This document shows positions 44,216 through 51,037 of a stretch of 51,037 nt of DNA, piece after piece. The notes under the pieces are model-generated. The model did no database searches, was not told the origin of the DNA, and saw only the letters and a program-made list of their open reading frames with translations. Source of the stretch: a virus (lineage: Duplodnaviria; Caudoviricetes). A program made the position numbers and the translations under genes. The DNA is taken from positions 1 to 51,037 of the IMG/VR virus record IMGVR_UViG_3300036851_000137. One strand, written 5' to 3'. Position 1 is the stretch's first letter. Every line of letters begins with the position of its first letter.

Positions 44216-46206
44216 CGGATCTGATACCTCCCGAACAGATCAACTCTCATATCCGTCGTACTCGCCGGGAAACTGGCAACCCCCATGAGGCCGCTCGCGG
44301 CTCCCGAGACAAAGGTTGGGAAGGTCCAGTCTACCGTTCCAGCCGTTCCCGCGATATGACACATAGCTTGCACCGCACCCGCCAATGACACTTTGCTGAA
44401 CAGGCTCGGAGTACAGCCCGAGTGCATGGTTGCCGGGTTGCTCGGGCTTGGTAATGCGGTACTCAGCGTAAACGTGCCCGCCGCCGTTGTGTAAGCGTTG
44501 GTATCAAATTCGTAAGACAGCTTGTATTCGGCATGGTCCCCGCGCAACCACCATCGGCCAGCCGATACGATGTTTGCCGGTACAAAGTCGCCCAGCGTCC
44601 CGAAGGACGGGGTAATCGTCCCCATCGTGAACGGGACATCCGGGAGGTCATAAAACCCATCCGTTGTCGTGTAGCACCATCCCCCGGTCGTGGCGCCACA
44701 CCCCAGCGAAACCGGCCATCCACCAAACTTATTACCGGTGATCCAGTTTCCAGCTGAATCCAGGGTTGTCTCCAAGACGACGCCTGTCTGTCCAGCGTTG
44801 GTAGTCACAGAATTGTTCTGGAAAACTAGGTTCCCGCCAGTTTGCTTAACTACCGCGATCGTTCTATTTGTGCCTCCTGTTGCAAAGTTGACATTCCGTA
44901 TCCGCGCAGTGCCGCTTGTCACCAATACACTCGCAACGTCTACGCCGGGGCTTGATATACTGCCCCCTTGGAGATTTAAAACGCCGCCGCTGACACCTAT
45001 AGCCGGCACCGCTGTTATATGATTCGGTCCAACGTTGGAGAGATTGAGCAGACCCCCCTGGACATCAATCAGGTGAGGATACGCCGGAGTAGGCCCCGCC
45101 GAACCGCTGAAGTTGCTGATCTCAAGATGATCGGTGTCTTCGATAATTAGGCTGCCGTGGTCGAGGCTGACATTCGACCACTCTCCGACCAACGCGAATG
45201 GCGCCAACGCCTCATTCAAAAACTGCGAGGAAACTGTGCGGATCGCCGTGTCATGACAGAAGATATTGGTAAACAACGAACCGTCCTGCCGACCGATATT
45301 GATGCAGTCAGTATCGCCGTCCGCCATAATCGTCATCAGGCCGAGATGCGTTCCGTTCATGCCGAATGTCCAGAAATGGAACCCGGAGATCATCGACTGA
45401 TCGGCTACGCCATCAATCCAGAGTCCTTTATTGAGCGCCGAGATTTCCAGGTTGTAGATTTGATAAATCTGATTACCAAACCCATTGGGGCTGTTCACAG
45501 TCCCGACAGCATCGCCCGCAATCCCGTCCCAGGCCCGCTCGATCCGTAGATCATTAAACGTATTCCGGCCGCCCGACCCCGCCGCCGTGCCAAGCATCAA
45601 GATGGCCGGCGGATACTTGCATCCCGGCCCACCCGTAATGCTACATCCTGTAGTAACATTTACAAATCCCGCCCGTCCGCCGGATGGCGTGGGCGGCTGG
45701 TCAAAAGTGATATACAAATCGCGAATGGTTTCTCCAACCCCATAGTGCATGGCGGTAGTTCCAAGAACGAACACGCCACGAGCGGTTGGACTGAATGTAT
45801 CTCGCACCCGAATACCTGTTAAGCCGCGCCCATCTCCGGCGAAAACCTGTGATCTGTCCAGCAGGGTTTCGTTCGTGACGTAATAAAGTCCTGCTTGAAG
45901 GCGCACCTCGGGGGCCGCACCATTGACAATGACCGCAGCCGCAAGGTTGATCGCCGTCGTGCAATCGTGCGCGATCGGCGGGGTAAGCGCGATTTCCGCC
46001 TCGGTCGTCTGACCGCCACATAGCGCATCGTAATCGACGGGGGCCACGATGTTGCCCGAACCGCCCAGCGCCTTGTTCAGCTCAGCCGCCGGCAGTGGGC
46101 AATTCGCCTCGAATGGATAGGTATTGGTTGCAGGGCAGACCGCACGGGCCGGCGATGCCAGGACCAGCAACGCAGCGGCGAGGATCGACACGGCGACATT
46201 TCTCAT
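44212..46206 (-). CDS. Tailspike-like right-handed beta-helix (pectate_lyase_3-like) with signal peptide
   Basis: DCTTAINLA..V...AGLYYV...GDG; Asn/Gly-rich repeats; MRNVAVSILAAALLVLASPARA. Confidence 0.7.
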   Translation of the reverse strand: MRNVAVSILAAALLVLASPARAVCPATNTYPFEANCPLPAAELNKALGGSGNIVAPVDYDALCGGQTTEAEIALTPPIAHDCTTAINLAAAVIVNGAAPEVRLQAGLYYVTNETLLDRSQVFAGDGRGLTGIRVRDTFSPTARGVFVLGTTAMHYGVGETIRDLYITFDQPPTPSGGRAGFVNVTTGCSITGGPGCKYPPAILMLGTAAGSGGRNTFNDLRIERAWDGIAGDAVGTVNSPNGFGNQIYQIYNLEISALNKGLWIDGVADQSMISGFHFWTFGMNGTHLGLMTIMADGDTDCINIGRQDGSLFTNIFCHDTAIRTVSSQFLNEALAPFALVGEWSNVSLDHGSLIIEDTDHLEISNFSGSAGPTPAYPHLIDVQGGLLNLSNVGPNHITAVPAIGVSGGVLNLQGGSISSPGVDVASVLVTSGTARIRNVNFATGGTNRTIAVVKQTGGNLVFQNNSVTTNAGQTGVVLETTLDSAGNWITGNKFGGWPVSLGCGATTGGWCYTTTDGFYDLPDVPFTMGTITPSFGTLGDFVPANIVSAGRWWLRGDHAEYKLSYEFDTNAYTTAAGTFTLSTALPSPSNPATMHSGCTPSLFSKVSLAGAVQAMCHIAGTAGTVDWTFPTFVSGAASGLMGVASFPASTTDMRVDLFGRYQIR

Positions 46207-46481
46207 GATCGGAAGACTCCTGTCATCGCCGAATTAACCATATCGCAGGCTTGCGCCGCCGCCCAAGGCGACGTATCTAAAATTAAATTTACCGTTGAGC
46301 GGAGCCGCCGATGATCTGGGCAGACCGAGTTGGCGTCATGTGGATGATCTTCGCCGCAATTGCCTCCCTCGGGGTCGGCAATCCGCCCTTCCGTGGCGAC
46401 GCCGTCTTCTGGATAGGCTTCGGCCCATGGATGGCGATGCGTGCCCTCGATTGGATTTTCAGCGGCGAGTTCCGACACCAT
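46203..46481 (-). CDS. Hypothetical protein
   Basis: ORF track; ATGA overlap with the downstream gene. Confidence 0.35.
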   Translation of the reverse strand: MVSELAAENPIEGTHRHPWAEAYPEDGVATEGRIADPEGGNCGEDHPHDANSVCPDHRRLRSTVNLILDTSPWAAAQACDMVNSAMTGVFRS

Positions 46482-46495
46482 TTTTGGTGATCGCG

Positions 46496-48019
46496 CTAGA
46501 ATGCGCCGAACGACCGCTGCGGCTGCTGTTGGTTCGCCATCAGCCCAGGCAACAGCGCGCGCAGCATAGCCACGTCGCGGGCGTTTAGGCCATTTGCCGC
46601 CTGCTCCTGATAGAGCGGCGAGCGCTGACGAACCATCGTATCAACCCCGCGCATGTCGCGACGCGCCAGGGCGTTTTCGAGTGCCTTCGCCGCCGTGCCG
46701 ACGACGATCGGCGCGACCATTGCGGCTCCCACCTTGGGGCTCCCGGCCCCCGCCACAGCTGCTCCGCCACCCGCAGACATCGCAGAGAATAGTTGCGCGA
46801 ACCCCCCGCCGCCACCCAGGAAATTGCCAACTTTCCGAGCGGCGTTTCGCGCAGGGCCGCCCTTACGGAGACCTTCCAGCGCAGCAATCTCGGCGTCGGA
46901 GAAGCCGAACACATTTTTGTCCTGCTCCAGAAACGACGCTACTTTTTGCCGGAGTAGGTTATCAAAGTTGCGACCGGAATTTGAGGCTTCTGATCTGGCT
47001 TCGGCGCGCCCGAAGATCCCTGTATTGCCCCGGTCGAGTTCCCCGGTGAGATCGTTCGATCGCTGCGCCGCGGCCCAATTCCCTCGCGCCTGGCGATAGG
47101 TGTCCGCGACGGCCGCCACGTCTCCTGGCGTGCCCGCCAAGACGTGCTTCGGCTGGAGGTCGTCAAAAAATTTATCAATGCTACGAACAGCGAGGCCAGC
47201 AGCCTTGCGCTCCGCCTTAGGTTGGCCGAAGTCCGAACGGACCTCGTTAAGACGGACACGCATCGCCTCAATTTGAGGGATGGTAACCATCTTGATCGCG
47301 CCGGCGGGAGGAGGAGTGGCGGCATCCTTGGCGACCTCACTCAAAATATCGTATGTGACGGGCGCAGCTTTGTTGAGAATAAGGGTTTTTTGCAGGTCCG
47401 CAACGATGCCGTTCGCCATGTCGGCAACAGCCTCGGGCCTCACATCGATCTTGAAACCCTGCGCGGTTTGGTAGGCTTCTGTACCAGCATCCTTTATCTG
47501 TTTTGCCGATGGCGCCGACGCGCCTCTCATGGCGGAAATAGCCAAACCAGGAGTAAATCCGGCAGCCGCAGCAAGGCGCTCGGTGTTCTCCGATAGAGGC
47601 AGCAACTCCCTGACGGCTTGTGCCGCGCCGCCGCCTGCCGCAGATGCCGCAGCGCCCAAAGGCCCCAGAGGTAGACCAGCGACACCCCCCGTTGCCGCGT
47701 TCAACCCTATACGCCCAAGCGGCGACGTCGGCTTGTATTCCAGCACACCGGTTGCCCCGAACAGGGCGCCGCCTGGATCCGCAGAACCACTCTCGATCCG
47801 CTCAAGTGACGGACTGATCATGTGCCGCAGGGGTGCGAGCGGATCAGCGACAGCGCCAACAAACCCCGTCGCGCCGCGCACCCCCATCGTCATAGCTGCG
47901 CGAAGCGCCTGATTGAGTGCGCTTTCCTGCGGCTCAAGATTAAAGTCGGGCGGTAAATTCGATGCATCCACACGCGGGGTGGCCGGCTCAAGAACAAAGC
48001 CAGGAGGCAGATCACTCAT
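46496..48019 (-). CDS. Internal virion / DNA-ejection protein
   Basis: MSDLPPGFVLE start; Ala/Gly-rich helical; follows the other ejection genes. Confidence 0.65.
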   Translation of the reverse strand: MSDLPPGFVLEPATPRVDASNLPPDFNLEPQESALNQALRAAMTMGVRGATGFVGAVADPLAPLRHMISPSLERIESGSADPGGALFGATGVLEYKPTSPLGRIGLNAATGGVAGLPLGPLGAAASAAGGGAAQAVRELLPLSENTERLAAAAGFTPGLAISAMRGASAPSAKQIKDAGTEAYQTAQGFKIDVRPEAVADMANGIVADLQKTLILNKAAPVTYDILSEVAKDAATPPPAGAIKMVTIPQIEAMRVRLNEVRSDFGQPKAERKAAGLAVRSIDKFFDDLQPKHVLAGTPGDVAAVADTYRQARGNWAAAQRSNDLTGELDRGNTGIFGRAEARSEASNSGRNFDNLLRQKVASFLEQDKNVFGFSDAEIAALEGLRKGGPARNAARKVGNFLGGGGGFAQLFSAMSAGGGAAVAGAGSPKVGAAMVAPIVVGTAAKALENALARRDMRGVDTMVRQRSPLYQEQAANGLNARDVAMLRALLPGLMANQQQPQRSFGAF

Positions 48020-50013
48020 CGCACAGGCTCCCATTTGCCGTTGCGCAGGATCAATCTCTCATTGGTACTGGGGTTGATGGCAGTCCGCCCATCCTCGATA
48101 GCAGGCACCTCATCCACATCGGAATAACGATTTTTCTCACGCCGAGCTATCGCGGCGTCAAACTGTGACCTACTAAGTTTCCCCTCTTTCACCGCCTTTT
48201 CCAGGTCAGCAGGAGCGCCATTGATGACATCCTGGAAGAGATTGGAAAGCCGCTTGAGCGTCGTTTCAAATTGCGCGCGGCTCTGCGATTGCTCAAGGCT
48301 GCCCATCGTTGATTGCAGCAGATTGATATCCCGGTCTGACACCGCACCGAGCGCAGCACCAGTCTGATTGGAGTTTCGCATTTGCGTAATGCGATCAAAC
48401 GCTGTATTTGCCTTGATCGAGTCAAGCATTAGCCGCAAATCATATGCAGCCGTACCGGGAACACCTTGAAACAAGGCCCCCTGCACGCCGGTAGACCTGA
48501 ACATTCCACCTGCGTTATTAGAGAGAGTCAGCGCCCGGCTAATATCCTGTTTCATGATATCGGCAGCCTGCTGCCGTTCCCCCTGCGCCTGCTCTCCAGC
48601 CTGTGCCGCTGGGCTGCCAGGGATCCGCTCTTGCCGGGTGCCCCCACCACCCGGCGGCGTCACCAATTGATAACCCTCTGGCGTCGGACCTATCCCAACA
48701 GGTTTCCCGAAGATGCCAGTGCCAAACGGCGTCGGCTGTGCGCTCGGAACTGTTGGTGTTGCGCCCGCCCCGAGTTGCGGTGCCGGAGCGACCCGCCCCG
48801 CCAATTCCGCGCGGGTAATCGGCCGCTCGACCATACTGCCACCAGGCAGCCGCTCGGTAACAGTCGTCACGTCAAGCGTTGCTGCAAGACGCTGCTTCTG
48901 ATCATCGTTCGCCCGATCAAGCATCGCCTGCTTCTCTTTCAGAGAAAGGTCGATGCCGCCTTGCACCTGCTTCAACTGCGTCTGCGTGAATAACTCCGGC
49001 GCGACCTTCGCCCACCCCTTCGTCGCCTCGATCGCGGCGATATACTCTGGCGACATCGAGCCGCCGGGCGCCATCTTGACGCCCTCCTCGGCCCACGTCG
49101 GCATCTTCTTGCCGAGAATGCCGTACACGTTCTCCATACTGCGGGCACGAGCAAGAGAGGCATCGTCGAGGCGTGGCATACCGCCCGCCAACCCTTGCGG
49201 CACAGCCGGCATGGACGGCGGCATACCCGGAGCAAGCGACATAGGGGCGCCGCCGACCGGCGCACCGCCGATAACGGCATCCGGCCCTCGCACGACATCG
49301 GCAGTCAGATGCTCGCCGCGCGCTAGCGCCGCCGCCAGCTTCGGATTGTATGGCGCCCACGGCTTGACGCCCTGATCAAGATACGCCGCACGCGCCACCG
49401 CATCCTGTGACTCTTTCGAGAAATCCTTGATCCCGAGCGGGGCCGCATATTGCCGCCATGTCGCGGGCTGGAACTGGTAGGCGCCAGCCGCGTGGCTGTT
49501 CCCTTTGCCCTCCCAAATCGGGAAACCGAATTCATCACGAGGTGCCCTGGAAAGGTCGGTTCCCCCGGTTCCGACATTGTAATCGTCACCGCTCTCATAT
49601 TTCCTGATCGTCGAGAATATGCCGCCGCCTGACGGATTAATGTCTGGCCCCTCTGCCGGGGACGGCCCGGCGAGTGATCCCCATGCACTCGGCGCCGCCG
49701 GCGGTGCCGCTCCGCCCGTGGTGTAAGTCGGCCCCGTGCCGCCCAACTCCACTGCCGTCTTGAACAACCCCGCCGTTGCCCGCGCCTGTTCCGCCTGCGC
49801 CTCGCGAAGCTGGTTCTCATACCGCGCATTACCGATCGCGGTCAGCGCGTTCATCAGCTCGGCGGGGCTCGACAACGGCTGCCCCTTCGGCGGCGCCACA
49901 CCTGGAATGCCAGTAGATGTCGCATTGCTCTGCGCCTTCGGCAAAATCGGGATCGTTGGTCCACCGAACATCGGCTGAACGATGTACCCGAGCATTTCGG
50001 CGAGAGAGGGCAT
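48016..50013 (-). CDS. Internal virion / ejection protein with a lysozyme-like domain
   Basis: IRKYESG...AAGAYQFQPATW...SQD; LGAVSDRD and terminal NGKWEP motifs. Confidence 0.75.
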   Translation of the reverse strand: MPSLAEMLGYIVQPMFGGPTIPILPKAQSNATSTGIPGVAPPKGQPLSSPAELMNALTAIGNARYENQLREAQAEQARATAGLFKTAVELGGTGPTYTTGGAAPPAAPSAWGSLAGPSPAEGPDINPSGGGIFSTIRKYESGDDYNVGTGGTDLSRAPRDEFGFPIWEGKGNSHAAGAYQFQPATWRQYAAPLGIKDFSKESQDAVARAAYLDQGVKPWAPYNPKLAAALARGEHLTADVVRGPDAVIGGAPVGGAPMSLAPGMPPSMPAVPQGLAGGMPRLDDASLARARSMENVYGILGKKMPTWAEEGVKMAPGGSMSPEYIAAIEATKGWAKVAPELFTQTQLKQVQGGIDLSLKEKQAMLDRANDDQKQRLAATLDVTTVTERLPGGSMVERPITRAELAGRVAPAPQLGAGATPTVPSAQPTPFGTGIFGKPVGIGPTPEGYQLVTPPGGGGTRQERIPGSPAAQAGEQAQGERQQAADIMKQDISRALTLSNNAGGMFRSTGVQGALFQGVPGTAAYDLRLMLDSIKANTAFDRITQMRNSNQTGAALGAVSDRDINLLQSTMGSLEQSQSRAQFETTLKRLSNLFQDVINGAPADLEKAVKEGKLSRSQFDAAIARREKNRYSDVDEVPAIEDGRTAINPSTNERLILRNGKWEPVR

Positions 50014-50025
50014 CGGCGTTATCCC

Positions 50026-51036
50026 CTAAGCCGTCGCGCGGCCGTAATCAACGACCTTCATCCCGGCGAGATGCCCGAACGCCGGCGGCAGCGTCGCCAC
50101 AGCCTCGGGATGCACGTCCTCAACCTCATCCGCCATCACACCAATATGCTTCATCTCGCCAGGATCATCCTTGTAGCGGTAAGAGTAGACCATCAACCCG
50201 TTATCAAGCTTCCCGACCTTGCGAATATCGTCCTTCATCCGCCGATCGGAGCCTCCGAACAATCCGAACAGCGACGACAACACCCCGACACCCTGCCCAA
50301 TCTGACTGAGTGGGGAAGCGGACGGCGGAGCAAAATACGGCTGCGTCAATTGCGAGTTGCCGCCATAATTGCCGCTCACCGCGCCGAGGTACTGATTGAG
50401 TTTCTGGTAAGGCAACTCCTGCCCAAAATTCCACCGGGCAACGGCATCGTTAATCGCCTGCTGTTGCCATTGTTGATGAGCGCCACCCGCAGCGAGTTGC
50501 CGATCATAAGGCGCATAGGCTGCCGCATCCGTCGCTGGAGCCAATGCGAGCGCTCGCAGCATATCGTTCGTGTCACCGGCCCACGTCGTTTGCAGCCCCG
50601 TCCCAGCCGCCTGTCGTCTCTGTCCACTTTGCTGAGCCGCCGCGATCTGGTTCTGCTCTTCCTGCTGCTGTTGAGCGAACAGCAACGGCGCCAGCGCCGA
50701 CGTAGCACCCGCCGCCGTTGCGCGTGCTGCCTCCGGACTCGACAGTGTACCACCACTGATGAATTTTGATTGTATGCCCGGCACCACCCGCGATATCACG
50801 CTCTGGCTTAACGCATCGGTATAAGGATTTCCCGCGCCCCCAAGCCGCTCGCCGCTCATATATGATTTTAACGCCTGCCCTTCCGGGCTTGCATCAGATG
50901 CCAATGAGCCGAACGTCGCGTATGCCGGATTATATTTGAACCAGTCGCCACGGAGAAGCCCGGCACTCGTATTGCTAGCAATTCCCGGTAGAGCGTCTTG
51001 CTCCGGCCGCATCATTATATCTGTGGCAGCTAACTG
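50026..51036 (-). CDS. Internal virion protein with C-terminal S74/ICA chaperone-like domain (5' end outside the window)
   Basis: PYQKLNQY, SDRRMKDDI...YSYRYK...GVMADEV...PEAV...VDYG; frame is open to the window edge. Confidence 0.75.
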   Translation of the reverse strand, partial: QLAATDIMMRPEQDALPGIASNTSAGLLRGDWFKYNPAYATFGSLASDASPEGQALKSYMSGERLGGAGNPYTDALSQSVISRVVPGIQSKFISGGTLSSPEAARATAAGATSALAPLLFAQQQQEEQNQIAAAQQSGQRRQAAGTGLQTTWAGDTNDMLRALALAPATDAAAYAPYDRQLAAGGAHQQWQQQAINDAVARWNFGQELPYQKLNQYLGAVSGNYGGNSQLTQPYFAPPSASPLSQIGQGVGVLSSLFGLFGGSDRRMKDDIRKVGKLDNGLMVYSYRYKDDPGEMKHIGVMADEVEDVHPEAVATLPPAFGHLAGMKVVDYGRATA

Positions 51037-51037
51037 T

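Noticed and set aside
1-51037. Integrase, transposase, tRNA or rRNA genes
   Set aside because: None recognised by eye. The transposase motifs appear only as gapped codes in the guide tracts. A tRNA scan was not possible.

Overview
This window is part of a GC-rich dsDNA tailed-phage or prophage genome, podovirus-like and probably from an alphaproteobacterial host (inferred from GapR-like, DUF6456 and SpoVG-like genes). Left to right it holds: the 5' end of an N4-gp56-type major capsid gene, scaffold, P22-like portal, an intein-containing terminase large subunit, a DUF6456 late regulator, terminase small subunit, a probable origin, a split Prim-Pol/P4-type primase-helicase, YqaJ exonuclease with an ERF annealase, and two Cro-like control regions. 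A long accessory region follows (methyltransferases, HNH nucleases, PNK, RNA ligase), then lysis genes, signal-peptide-bearing tailspike-like genes and DNA-ejection genes. No integrase, CI repressor, tRNA or true CRISPR array was recognised. Three features stand out. (1) A RAMP/Cas7-like gene (22918-23493) is flanked by non-coding 5-nt-periodic arrays, N[GA/CA/GC]-NN. Read as codon positions 1-2 with the wobble base skipped, the variable dinucleotides spell motifs I recognise from IS1595- and IS1-family transposases, which suggests a gapped-code RNA-guided anti-transposon system (VIPR-like, with a different scaffold). (2) At least 18 copies of a 20-bp dif-like site, HYSWKAA-N6-TTMWSRD, sit at accessory-gene boundaries and two of them bracket the RAMP locus exactly. 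(3) A free-standing LAGLIDADG endonuclease has invaded an Acb2/Tad1-like gene and supplied it with a recoded 3' end. All family assignments come from motif recognition by eye, not database searches.
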